Shown here: positions 47,692 through 59,415 of the stretch, piece after piece
Layout: each line of letters begins with the position of its first letter
Numbering within the stretch: the stretch's first letter is position 1
Assembly: GCA_043228905.1 (NCBI GenBank)
Contig: JBHGNT010000012.1
Location: forward strand, 6,696,001 to 6,760,000
Direction: 5' to 3'
Length of the DNA stretch: 64,000 bases
Source: Azolla caroliniana
Lineage: Eukaryota > Plantae > Polypodiophyta
The notes under the pieces: generated by a model
Told to the model about the DNA's origin: nothing
Databases searched by the model: none
What the model saw: the letters and a program-made list of their open reading frames with translations, nothing else
Translations under genes and position numbers: made by a program

Positions 47692-50600
47692 TGTTGCGAA
47701 TCAACGCTCCGATTCACCTTCACCGCTCGGCCACAACCGAGAAATCGCGAATCAATGCAGCAGAAAATAGGAAACACAAAGAAAGACACGATAACACAGG
47801 GATTAACGTGGAAAACCCTATACGGGAAAAACCACGGGAGTCCTCAAACTCCAACTATCACTATGAACAGAGATGTACAATGGTGAAGCTTCAAGGCAAC
47901 AACCTTGAGCTCACTGTCTTCGCCACAGGCGGCGGTAATACACAGAGGCAACGACCTCTTCGTCTCTCTCTCTCTCTCTCTCGGCTGCTCTCTTCACTCT
48001 CTCTAAGTGGAAAACAGAAAATGAGCAACAACTACTAAACTGTTTGCCCTAAGTCATATTTATACACATATGACTTTCGGGCTATTTACAAATATAGTCT
48101 CCACATCCGGATCTCTCTCCGGGTACTTCGTCATCCGGCTCCGTAACCGGGGTCTTCATCATCCGGCTCCGTAGCCGGGTCTTCGTCATCCGGCTCCGTA
48201 ACCGGGTCTTCGTCATCCGGCTCCGTAACCGGGTCTTCGTCATCCGGCTCCGTAACCGGGGTCTTCATCATCCGGCTCCGTAGCCGGGTCTTCGTCATCC
48301 GGCTCCGTAACCGGGGTCTTCATCATCCGGCTCCGTAGCCGGGTCTTCGTCATCCGGCTCCGTAACCGGGTCTTCGTCATCCGGCTCCGTAACCGGGGTC
48401 TTCATTATCCGGACATCCCATCCGGAGGGACCGAAATCCCAACAAACTCCCCCTTCACTTCGGAATGGGATGTCTCTCCAATCCGATCCTCTTCCGGCAT
48501 GCTTCTAGCTTGTCGGGTGTGAGCACCTTGGTCAGCATATCCGACCCGTTCTCGTCCGTGTGGATCTTCGTCAGCACGAACTCCTGGTCTTCTATCCTTT
48601 CCCGGATCCAGTGATATCTTCGCTGGATGTGCTTCGTCCGGGAGTGATAGGCCGCGTTCTTCGCAAGGTGGATGGCACTCTGACTGTCGCAGTAGAGTCG
48701 GTACTCCTCCTGCTGGATACCGAGCTCTCTAATGAAGTCCTTCATCCATATTATTTCCTTGCCGGCTTCAACAGCCGCCATGTACTCCGCCTCTGTGGTT
48801 GACAACGCAACCGTCTTCTGCAGCCTCGACTGCCACGAAACAGCTCCCCCTGCATACGTCATCACATACCCTGATGTGGACCGGCTGGTATCTGCATCAG
48901 CCGACATATCCGAATCGGTGAAGCCATCGAGTTCGGACTTACCGGAGCCGAATCGGAGGCACACGTTTGCCGTGCCCTTCAGGTATCGGAGTATCCACTT
49001 GACCGCGTTCCAGTGCTCTTTGCCGGGATTGCTCATGTACCGGCTCACCACTCCAACTGCATATCCTATGTCCGGTCTTGTACACACCATTGCGTACATC
49101 AAGCTTCCGACGGCAGAGGCATATGGTACTTTCATCATGTCCTCCTTCTCAGCCTTTGTCTTGGGGCTTTGCTTGCTGGACAACTTGCAGTTTGCCGGGA
49201 GGGTTGACCCGACCGGTCTTGCTTCCGACATGTTGAACCGGTGAAGCACCTTTGTCACGTACTTCTCCTGTGACAGCCACAACAGCTTCTTCCTCCGGTC
49301 CCGGATGATGTGCATCCCTAGTATTTGCCTCGCCGGACCCAAGTCCTTCATTGAGAAGGTTCGGTGAAGAGCCTTCTTCAGCATCCGTATCTTGACCTGG
49401 TCCCGTCCGACGATCAACATGTCGTCCATGTACAGGAGGAGTATTAGAAAGTCTCCTCCTTCGAACTTCTTCACAAACACGCAGTGATCGGACTGCGTTT
49501 TGTGGTACCCTTCGTCGGTCATGAAAGAGTCGAACTTCCGGTACCATTGCCGGGGAGCCTGTTTCAGTCCGTAAAGGCTCTTCTTCAACCGGCATACCAG
49601 GTGCTCCTTCCCTTTCTTCTCGAATCCTTCCGGTTGCTGCATGTAGATCTCTTCTTCGAGGTCACCGTGAAGGAATGCCGTCTTCACGTCCATCTGCTCT
49701 ACCTCGAGGTCCATGCTTGCCGCTATGCTCAGCACCGTCCGGATGGAGGTCATCTTCACTACCGGGGCAAATATCTCGTCGAAGTCGACGCCCTTCTTCT
49801 GCTGGAACCCCTTCACCACGATCCTGGCTTTGTATCTCGGGGGGTTTCCGGCATCTCCCGGTTTCAGCTTGAACACCCACTTGTTTCGAAGTGCCCGCTT
49901 TCCTTTCGGCAACTCCACAAGTTCATATGTGTGGTTTTCATGCAGGGAATCCATCTCCTCCTGCATGGCACTTAACCACCTGCGGCTATGGGTATCAAAC
50001 TTTGCTTCTTCAAAACTCTCCGGCTCCCCTTCGTCGGTTAGCAGCACGTGCTCTGGTTCCGGAAATCTCCGGGGGGCCCTTCTCTCTCTTAGAGGATATC
50101 TCCGTTCCGGAGCTTCGGTGACCGGCTCCTCCGTTTCCTCTTCATCCGAACCCATTTCGGGATCGGGGCCGGTTCCGGTATCAGTTTCATCTTCCTCGGC
50201 CGGTTCTGTTTCTTCACCGTCTTCGGCCGGATCCTCGAGTGCTAACCGGTCCCTTGCCGGTCGGGACTGCTCCTCGTAGAGTTGATCCTCACCGGTCGAC
50301 TTGGAGCTCTTCATCTTCTTCTCCGACTCCCAGTCGGCGAGTGTCTTGTCCTCCATGAAGATGATATCTCGACTCCTGAATATCTTCTTGTCGACCGGGT
50401 CCCATACTCGGTAGCCGAACTCGTCGTTGCCGTAACCGAGGAATATGCATGGCCGGGTCTTTGGATCTAGCTTTCCTCTCCGGTCCTTTGCCACATGCAC
50501 ATATACGAGACACCCGAACACCTTCAGATGCCGGTAGGACACTTCCTTACCGGTCCACACTCTCTGTGGCGTGTCTCCATCCAGGGGTACTGAGGGTGAT

Positions 50601-53176
50601 CTATTTATCACATATGTCGCCGTCGACATTGCCTCAGCCCAAAACCCCTTTGGTAATTTCGCATGCGTCAGCATACTCCGGACCCTCTCCATTATGGTCC
50701 GGTTCATCCTCTCGGCCAGCCCGTTCAGTTCCGGCGTCTTCGGCACAGTAAACTCGAGCCGGATTCCCATCGAACGGCAATACTCCTCAAATTGTCCTCG
50801 GTATTCTCCTCCGTTATCCGCTCGTAGTGCTTTCAACTTCTTGCCGGATTCTCTTTCCACTCTCGCGTGGAGTTCTTTGAAGACGCACAACACTTGGTCC
50901 TTTGTCTTCATCGGTGCCGTCCACAGCTTCCGGCTGTGGTCATCTATGAATGTCACGAAGTACTGGGCTCCGCCATGTGACTTCGTTTCTACTTGACACA
51001 CGTCAGTGTGCACCAACTCCAATGGTGCGCTCCGTCTCGTCGGTGGCCTTGAGTGGAAGGAGGTCCGGTTTTGCTTACCGGCCAGGCAATCGGTGCACTT
51101 CTCCAGGTGCACATGCTTCACTGGAATAAGGTTGTCTTCTGCAAGCCTCTTCATCCCCTTCTCACTCATGTGGCACAACCTCTTGTGCCACAGCTCACCG
51201 GCAGTGTCGGCTGCCACGTTCAACTCTTCCGGACACAACCGGGCATTCATCAGGTACAGTGTGCTGACTTTCCGGGCCCGAGCCACTATCAGGCTCCCCT
51301 TGCTGAACTTCATGACACCGTTCCGGATGCTACCCGTGTAGCCTTCATCGTCTAGCCTCCCGGCCGAGATCAGGTTCAATCGAACCTCCGGAACGTGTCG
51401 AACATCCTTCAGCAGCATCTTGCATCCGGTTGATGTCATCAGCCACACGTCTCCTATGCCGGCAATTCGGCATGTACCTTCATTTCCCATCCGGACACAG
51501 CCGTGCTCACCGGCTGTGTAGGATGAGAAGTATTTCTTCTCCGGGGTTAGGTGGAACGACGCTCCGGAATCGACCACCCAGGTCATCTCTTCACCGGCAA
51601 GGTTCAGCTCTGTCTCTTCGGTAATGAGCATTATCTCTTCTTCACTTGCCGCGAGTGCTGTCGGTCCTTTCCGGTCCTGCCCTCGCCGATCCGGACCTCT
51701 CCGGTCCGTGGCTCCCCGGTATGCACCGTTTCTCTCCGGTGACTTCTTCGAATCGGTGTCGTCGGCTCCGTTGTCCTTTCGGTAATGCCGACAATTCTTC
51801 CGGAAGTGCCCCGGCTTCCCACAGTGGAAGCATGTGGGTCTTCCTCTTGACTGCGACCGGGTCCCCGACTTCTCCCGTCTTTGCGGACTCCGGTTCCATT
51901 GTCTTCCCCGTTCCGATTCGGTAAGCAGCGCCTTCGAGTCGGAGGCCGGTTCTTTATCTCTCCGACGCGCTTCTTCATTCAAAATACTTGTCTTTACCGT
52001 TTGTAGGGACAAGTTATCTTCCGTGCAGGAGGTGCTGAGAGTCACCACCAAGTTCTCCCAGCTTTCCGGCAATGTACACATCAAGATGATGGCTTGCATT
52101 GCATCCTCCAACGGGAACTTGATCGCCGCAAGCTGGTTCACGAATCCCATGAACGTGCTTACGTGTTCCACCATACTCTCGCCGTCCCGGTACTTGAGGT
52201 TCACTATCTTCCTCATCAGGGAGGTCCGGTTCAACGCATTCTTCCTCTCGTAGAGGCCCGACAGCTTCCGCCACATCTCATATGCGTTGGTGTTGTTCGC
52301 CACATGCTGTAGAACGCTCACGTCGACGTATTGCCGAATGGTTGCAACGGCTTTCCGGTTCAGAAGCCTCCATTCCGACTCAAGTACCCCCTTCGGTATA
52401 TCCGACCTGTCAATCGGTTCGTACAGGTTCCGAACAATCAGAAGATCCTCCATCTTGATCTTCCAGTCGGCGTAGTTCTGCGCATTCAGCACCATCATCC
52501 CCGGCTGCCCGCTGCTGCCGCCTTCCATTTTCTGCACTGCCGTCGCTCTGATACCACTTTGTTGCGAATCAACGCTCCGATTCACCTTCACCGCTCGGCC
52601 ACAACCGAGAAATCGTGAATCAATGCAGCAGAAAATAGGAAACACAAAGAAAGACACGATAACACAGGGATTAACGTGGAAAACCCTATACGGGAAAAAC
52701 CACGGGAGTCCTCAAACTCCAACTATCACTATGAACAGAGATGTACAATGGTGAAGCTTCAAGGCAACAACCTTGAGCTCACTGTCTTCGCCACAGGCGG
52801 CGGTAATACACAGAGGCAACGACCTCTTCGTCTCTCTCTCTCTCTCTCTCGGCTGCTCTCTTCACTCTCTCTAAGTGGAAAACAGAAAATGAGCAACAAC
52901 TACTAAACTGTTTGCCCTAAGTCATATTTATACACATATGACTTTCGGGCTATTTACAAATATAGTCTCCACATCCGGATCTCTCTCCGGGTACTTCGTC
53001 ATCCGGCTCCGTAACCGGGGTCTTCATCATCCGGCTCCGTAGCCGGGTCTTCGTCATCCGGCTCCGTAGCCGGGTCTTCGTCATCCGGCTCCGTAACCGG
53101 GGTCTTCGTCATCCGGCTCCGTAACCGGGGTCTTCATTATCCGGACATCCCATCCGGAGGGACCGAAATCCCAACA
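47692..53176 (-). mobile_element. Intact, very young Ty1/copia element (3' LTR 47692-48444, 5' LTR 52560-53176, TSD AGGAC)
   Basis: TGTTG..CAACA LTRs, tRNA-iMet PBS at 52545-52556, PPT at 48445-48454, perfect TSD. Confidence 0.98.
48455..52528 (-). CDS. Gag-Pol polyprotein, 1357 aa (CA, CCHC knuckle, PR DSG, INT HHCC/DDE, RT YMDD, RNase H)
   Basis: Uninterrupted ORF from the first ATG after the PBS (MEGGSSGQ...). Confidence 0.96.
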   Translation of the reverse strand: MEGGSSGQPGMMVLNAQNYADWKIKMEDLLIVRNLYEPIDRSDIPKGVLESEWRLLNRKAVATIRQYVDVSVLQHVANNTNAYEMWRKLSGLYERKNALNRTSLMRKIVNLKYRDGESMVEHVSTFMGFVNQLAAIKFPLEDAMQAIILMCTLPESWENLVVTLSTSCTEDNLSLQTVKTSILNEEARRRDKEPASDSKALLTESERGRQWNRSPQRREKSGTRSQSRGRPTCFHCGKPGHFRKNCRHYRKDNGADDTDSKKSPERNGAYRGATDRRGPDRRGQDRKGPTALAASEEEIMLITEETELNLAGEEMTWVVDSGASFHLTPEKKYFSSYTAGEHGCVRMGNEGTCRIAGIGDVWLMTSTGCKMLLKDVRHVPEVRLNLISAGRLDDEGYTGSIRNGVMKFSKGSLIVARARKVSTLYLMNARLCPEELNVAADTAGELWHKRLCHMSEKGMKRLAEDNLIPVKHVHLEKCTDCLAGKQNRTSFHSRPPTRRSAPLELVHTDVCQVETKSHGGAQYFVTFIDDHSRKLWTAPMKTKDQVLCVFKELHARVERESGKKLKALRADNGGEYRGQFEEYCRSMGIRLEFTVPKTPELNGLAERMNRTIMERVRSMLTHAKLPKGFWAEAMSTATYVINRSPSVPLDGDTPQRVWTGKEVSYRHLKVFGCLVYVHVAKDRRGKLDPKTRPCIFLGYGNDEFGYRVWDPVDKKIFRSRDIIFMEDKTLADWESEKKMKSSKSTGEDQLYEEQSRPARDRLALEDPAEDGEETEPAEEDETDTGTGPDPEMGSDEEETEEPVTEAPERRYPLRERRAPRRFPEPEHVLLTDEGEPESFEEAKFDTHSRRWLSAMQEEMDSLHENHTYELVELPKGKRALRNKWVFKLKPGDAGNPPRYKARIVVKGFQQKKGVDFDEIFAPVVKMTSIRTVLSIAASMDLEVEQMDVKTAFLHGDLEEEIYMQQPEGFEKKGKEHLVCRLKKSLYGLKQAPRQWYRKFDSFMTDEGYHKTQSDHCVFVKKFEGGDFLILLLYMDDMLIVGRDQVKIRMLKKALHRTFSMKDLGPARQILGMHIIRDRRKKLLWLSQEKYVTKVLHRFNMSEARPVGSTLPANCKLSSKQSPKTKAEKEDMMKVPYASAVGSLMYAMVCTRPDIGYAVGVVSRYMSNPGKEHWNAVKWILRYLKGTANVCLRFGSGKSELDGFTDSDMSADADTSRSTSGYVMTYAGGAVSWQSRLQKTVALSTTEAEYMAAVEAGKEIIWMKDFIRELGIQQEEYRLYCDSQSAIHLAKNAAYHSRTKHIQRRYHWIRERIEDQEFVLTKIHTDENGSDMLTKVLTPDKLEACRKRIGLERHPIPK

Positions 53177-54545
53177 AGGACTTCATCGGAGAGCTCGGTA
53201 TCCGGCAAGATGAATACCGGCTCTATTGCAACAATCAAAGTGCCATCCACCTTGCTAAGAATGCAGCCTACCATTCCCGGACGAAGCATATCCAGCGAAG
53301 ATTTCACTGGATCCGGGAAAGAGTAGATGACCAGGAGTTCGCACTGACGAAAATCCACACGGCCGAGAACGGGTCAGATATGCTGACCAAAGTGTTGATA
53401 CCCGACAAGTTGGATGCATGCCGGAAGAGGATCGGACTAGTAAGACACCCCATGCCGGAGTGAAGGGGGAGTTTGTTGGAAGACAGGTCCCTCTAGATGG
53501 GAAGGGAGAAGAACAATGTTGATGAACAAACTCGGTCTAGGCCGAATCCAGATGAGGAGTACCCAGCTACGGAGAGCCGGATGGTGTAGACCCGGTGAGG
53601 AGTGCTCACCGAATGAAAAGACATATTCGTAAATATGTTTCGTAGAGTCCATCATGGCTATATTTGTAAATAGCCGAAAAGTCATATTAGTATAAATATG
53701 ATTTAGGGCAAACTTTTAGATGTTGTTGTTATTCTTGTTGGTGGAAGAAGCGAGAGCGTGTAACAGTGTACAGAGAGTGAGAGAGAGAGGTAGAGGTCGT
53801 TGCCTCTGCTGTAACCGCCGCCTGTGGCGAAAGTCATGAGCGCGAGGTCGTTGCCTCCGTGAGCTCACTGTTGTAATCATTGTGATATAGTGATAGTTTG
53901 GAGTCTGTGGACTTTCGTGGTTTTTCCCTCTCAGGGTTTTCCACTTTAAACATCCTGTGTACCTTTTTTTTCTCTCCTTTGTGTCGTGTCTTTCGTTTCC
54001 CGTTTTTTGTGTATGAGTCTAAGCTCGGTTGTGGACGAGCGTTGCGTATAGGGAGCGTGCAGTTCCTATCAACATGAGAGCTACTCTAAATCGAGGCAAC
54101 ATAGACGTCGGAAGTAGTTAGACTCGGAGCCCACTAGATTCGCCTTCGCCGATTTATTTTAGCCCCTTTGGTTGATTTATAACCGATTCTTGTAATAACC
54201 ACCAAAATCGTGGTGTCAAGCCTAACAATTGTAAAAAAAATATAAACAAAAACCCTAATTTATATCAAAACTTACGTATATATTTTCTCCGTGTCTTTGT
54301 CATAATCTCCCACTTCCTCACCCCTTGTGTCTCCCTAGTCCAAGGCCCCGGCGGTCCTGTTCGAGCGACACATGCACGCGAAACTTCACGATAGCATCTA
54401 GTCTCACACAACTATGGTGTCGCTTACTCATGCGCTCTCATGTCTCTCTCTATTTCATGCTCTATCATTATGTTCTATGCTACACATTATGTTTTTCCCT
54501 AGGTGTATACATACCAATACACATTATGGGATATTTACAAATATG

Positions 54546-54600
54546 ATTGTTGTTGTTGTTGTTGGTATTATTATTATTATTATTATTACTACTACTACCA
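54546..54600. repeat. Compound microsatellite (GTT)n(ATT)n(ACT)n
   Basis: Directly visible. Confidence 0.9.
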
Positions 54601-54605
54601 CTCTC

Positions 54606-55265
54606 TGTTAATCAGCCAACTCCAATGTCGGCTTTCCAATCAGCCTGACTAGTCGACTCCCATGTCGGCTATCCAGTTGACCCGATTAGTCAACTCCATT
54701 GTCAACCATCTGGTCAGCCCGACTAGTCGGCCAGGTTGTCTTTGACTTGGACCATTTGTCCAATACTGTCGACTCGTTGGTCGATCCAATCCACAATCCT
54801 GTATTCGGCTTGTCAATCCGACTATTGACTTCGACTATCGACTTCTCCCATATGAGGGACATTTTCCTAACAAACTCCCCCTTCACTCCTATGGGGAGGA
54901 GTCTATCATTCCAGTCTTCTGTCGACGAGCTCTAAGTCTGTCCATAGGTAGGTTCTTCGTGAGCATGTTGGATCCATTATCATCAACATGGATCTTCACG
55001 AGGGTAAACTCTCCATCATCCACTTTCTCTCGCAACCAATGATACCTTCTCTGTATGTGTTTGATCCGAGAATGGTAAGCAATGTTCTTGGCTAGATGTA
55101 TGGCACTCTAACTGTCACAATGAAGTAAGAACCTCTTTGCTTCATTCCCAACTCATTGAGAAAATTTCTCATCCATATCAGTTCCTTGCCGGCCTCTACC
55201 GCGACCATATACTCTGCTTCTGTGGTTCACAAGGCCGCAGACTTCTATAGTCTTAACTGCCATGA
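54606..55265 (-). mobile_element. Copia family D remnant: RNase H end, PPT and partial 3' LTR (to 54872)
   Basis: TTEAEY and AYHSRIKHIQRRYHW motifs; AGGGGGAGTT-TGTTAGG junction. Confidence 0.8.
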
Positions 55266-55607
55266 CTTCCGAATGGGAAGTGAAGCTCGAATCGAGGAAA
55301 AGGGGAGAATTGATTCCATGGAGTCGATGAGTATTTCGGCTGAAATCGAAAACCAAAATTGAGAATTGATTATATAACCGATTCGGGAGGCTATATTTGT
55401 AAATAGTCTGTATTGAGAATCGAACTCAACTTCCCATAGGGACAGTGTTCACATTAGTCAGTGGGCAACTTACTAGGATAGATTTGTAATTAATAGAAAT
55501 GGCATTTGCCCTAGAATAGTTGGTATTTAAACCAACCTTTTGTAACTGAGTAACTGTTGGATGTATTATACACTTTTTTGGTTTAGAGCTCTCTCTCTCT
55601 CACTCTC

Positions 55608-55650
<43 letters not shown>

Positions 55651-58600
55651 GCACCACCCACAACTCTCATTCTTTACATGGTATTAGAGCGCAAGGTACC
55701 TTGATCCAAGCCAATATCCTTTACGTGTGTTGTGCTCAAGCTCGTATTCAGAGAGAACCGACTGATCGTTGTAGCAACGATCTGCACAATTCGCATCAAG
55801 AGTAGAAGAAGTTCAATAATCAACACTCAGATGAGAAGCGCTCTTCCCACCGAGAAGCTCGATAGAACAAACTTCGCATCTTGGGAGTACAAGATGCATC
55901 AGTATCTTGTCAGACAAGGTTACCGGAGCTACATCGAGAGAGCTCACAAAACGCAACCCAACCCGACACACACCGACTACCTAGCGTGGGAGCAGGCCGC
56001 AAGCCGTGTGTTATACTACCTTTCATCATGCGTTCATGACCACATGCTAGGCTATATTCGAGATTCGAAAACACCGAAAGAAACTTGGGGAAACCTCAAA
56101 AATATTTGTGCGGCCAATATGGTTGCACGAAAGCTCCACCCTCGACAGGAGCTAAACAACATGCAATAGAGGGATATGTCGATCACCGGCTATACCTTGA
56201 AGATCAAGGAGCTGTATGATGCCCTCGGATCGATCAATGTCATCATCAATGATGACGAAATGGTGCAAATATGCCTCAGCGGCTTACCACCACGATTCGG
56301 CATGATTAGATCGGCCATTCTCACAAGGGAGAACCCACCTTCCTTTTTCGACCTTCAATCGATATTATTGGTGGAAGAAAACCATGCCCAACAAAGGAGC
56401 AATGCATCTGATGGTCAAATGCTCTACTCTCAGTTGGATGATAGAAGAGGATTCAACCATGGAAAAAGAGGTCGATTCGGAAGAGGTCGACATGGTCGGC
56501 CGACTCAAGAGCGTAACTCCCACCAATGGCAAGAGGACAGGAATAGTCCCAGAGAGTTCAGCAAAAGAGGGAGCCATCCTGCCAGACCGAGCAATCATAA
56601 CAACCTGATTAAATGCGGGTATTGTGGAAAACTCAGTCACTATGAAGAGGAGTGCCAAAAAAAGATACGAGACTCGGCTTCGACTAGCCGACAACTCACT
56701 AACTACGCATCAAATTCAGACTACGATGATCGAGGCGGAATGTTTATGATGAGGCACAATGCACATTCGATGTCGACACAAGCTTTGACTAGCACCTCTT
56801 CTTCAGACAATGTATGGTTTGTCGATTTGGGAGCATCCAATCATATGATGTCCCATGAGGACTGGTTCCGAGAACTACGAAAGCCCGATCGGCCCGATTA
56901 TGTCGAGACCGGAGATGACACAACTCACTCGATTCGGCATATCGGAAACGTCCCATTCGGGAATGATGACAAACAAACCTATCTCAAAAACGTCTTGCAT
57001 GTCCCAACCATCACGAAAAACCCAGTCTCGGTCAGCCAAATTGTCGAACAAGGTATGCAAGTACGATTCAATCATGTAGGGTGCTTCATCGAAAAAGACG
57101 AGCAAATCATAGCTCACGATCGTCGAGAAGGACGAATGTTCATCCTCGAATTGGAAGAGGTGAAATCGGCTATGTTCGCAAAAGGCATCAAAGTCAAAAC
57201 CGACTTGAAAATATGGCACAAGAGAATCGGCCACATCAATCTCCAGAAGCTCCAGAACATGCAATCGAAAGGAGTCGTAATCGGACTTCCGAACTTTACG
57301 GATAGAGAGATTACAAGCATATGCAAAGCGTGCCAGTTTGGAAAACAATGCCAACATCCATTCTTGAAAGAGAGGAATGTGAGCAAAGGGATCTTGGATA
57401 TAGTACATTCAGATGTGTGGGAACCAGCCCAGATGGCAACATTCGGTGGTTGCCGATACTATGGCACGTTCATCGATGACTTCTCCAGGCACGCCTAGAT
57501 CTACCCAATAAGACAGAAGAGCAAATTGTTTAGCCACTTCCAAAGGTTCAAAAATGAAGTCGAAAAAGCCACGAGTTGGCACGTACACTACCTTCGATCG
57601 GATGGAGGCAAAAAGAATATTTCTCGGACGAGTTTACGGCATATCTCCAAAAGGAAGGAATACAAAGAGAATTCTCGTGCTGACACACACCTCAACAAAA
57701 CGGAGTAGCCTAACGAAAGAATCGGCACATAGTAGAGGTGGCAAAGGCCATGGTGAACGAGAACAACCTGCCGAAATCGTACTAGGAAAATGCGGCTAAC
57801 GCAACCGTCTACCTCATGAACATGTGTACAACCTCGGGGGTACATGACGTCACCCCTCATGAGAAGTTTTTCGAAAAGAAGACAGATCTATCACATGTCC
57901 GGATATTCAGGTCAATCGCCTATGTACGTATTCCCGACGAAAAGCGACAAAAGATTGATCCAAAGTTTGAGAAATGTATCCTCGTAGGGTACTCACTAGA
58001 ACAAAAGGGGTACAAATTTTACAATCCTTCTACCCAAAAAGCTTGAATAAGTTGAGACGTCATTTTCAATGAGTCGACATCCTGGTACAAACCAGAGACG
58101 ACTCATATTTCGACCCCAATCGACCCAGAATCGGCCAAACAAGAGACAAAAGAAGAAGATCGACTCAGGTGCATGTTTGGAGAAAGTCTGATCACGACTC
58201 GACTAAGTGGACCACAAGAGCCGCCAAGCGATCGAAGCACATCTCGACTGAGTGCAAACCTAGACAAAGCGAAGGCCAAAATGCTAGAGTACGAAGATTC
58301 GATCGAAATCGAGTCGACTCACTCTCTCGACAGTAAGTTTAAAGGCCTTGACATCCCGATCATCCAGACAAATGGTGCAAAGAAAGCCATAGCCTCAGTA
58401 AACGAGAAGCTCCGTCACTCCACCCGAGACAAAAACCCGGTCACCCAATTCGGCTACGATGAATATCACTATGCCTTCATGATGAAGGTAGCTACAATAC
58501 AGGAGCCGGAAACGTTTTCTGAAGCTGCCAAGGACCCGCGATGGGTCAACGCAATGAATGAGGAGATGCATGCCCTACACAAAAACGAGACATGGGATCT

Positions 58601-58965
58601 CGTTCCCCATTCTACACACATGAAAGCGATTGGTTGTAGATGGATATATAAGGTAAAATACAACGCCGACGGGTCGGTAAATCGCTACAAGGCACGACTC
58701 GTAGCTATGGGATACACTCAAACACATGGAGTCGATTACGAGAAGACCTTTGCCCCAGTGCCAAAGATGACGACTGTTTGGACAATTATTGTTCTCGCGG
58801 CTACAAAAGGGTGGCACCTCCATCAGATGGACATAGAGAACGCCTTCCTACAAGGTAGTCTTCATGGTTCAACCACCCAATTTTGAATCAACGAAACACC
58901 CAACAGTAGTCTATCGACTCAAGAAGCCTTTATACGGCCTTAAGCAAGCACAGCGTGCTTACCAC
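55266..58965 (+). mobile_element. Degenerate copia family C (LTR part, PBS at 55679, gag from 55831, PR, INT, RT truncated)
   Basis: LPTEKLDRTNFASW, CGYCGKLSHYEEEC, WHKRIGH and HQMDIENAFL motifs; related to family A. Confidence 0.9.
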
Positions 58966-58987
58966 TCTGACATGTGACACTCACATC

Positions 58988-59046
58988 ATGCCTCGAAAGG
59001 ATTTGAACCCACGACCTTGTTATACGCATGTCAAATCCTTAACCAT
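58988..59046 (-). other. tRNA-derived (SINE-like) fragment
   Basis: Minus strand CAATGGTTAAGG...GGTTCAAATCC (A-box remnant and B-box); no full cloverleaf. Confidence 0.4.
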
Positions 59047-59370
59047 TGTATTAATATTCTTATGTGTATAGTTGTTTAGAATATTATAATCTAATATCAT
59101 AGGAATATTCTATATTACTCTACATTCTAGAATGACCTAGAATATTCTAGAGTGTTCAATACACTAGAACCTTCTAGAATACTCTAGAAACCTTCTAGAT
59201 TACTCTACATTTTAGGATGACCTAGAATATTCCAAAGTGTTCTATATTACTTATAAATAAGGATCTATCAATCATCCCAAAACTAAATTGGTTCAACATC
59301 ATTCTATAGCACTCTGTTGCCTACTCGTTGTAATCCGTTTTACTCTGCAATATAATATTTCCCTTTCAAT

Positions 59371-59415
<45 letters not shown>

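Larger units (their letters stand above)
43387..54071 (+). mobile_element. Full-length degenerate copia family B (LTRs 43387-44041 and 53474-54071, TSD GCATG/ACATG) hosting a nested element in RNase H
   Basis: Gag ATG at 44070, all pol domains; RNase H continues at 53177 after the insert. Confidence 0.95.

Noticed and set aside
46810-47886. 358-aa ORF as a novel fusion gene
   Set aside because: It is frameshifted RT/RNase H reading into the inserted LTR.
48560-52475. Numerous antisense ORFs over copia pol
   Set aside because: Expected shadows of GC-rich coding sequence; none shows a recognisable domain.
52529-52657. 43-aa N-terminal extension of the 1400-aa ORF
   Set aside because: It starts at a non-ATG codon inside the LTR and crosses the PBS; ATG 52528 is the plausible start.
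58988-59046. Functional tRNA gene
   Set aside because: The 5' acceptor strand is missing and the stems do not pair; remnant only.
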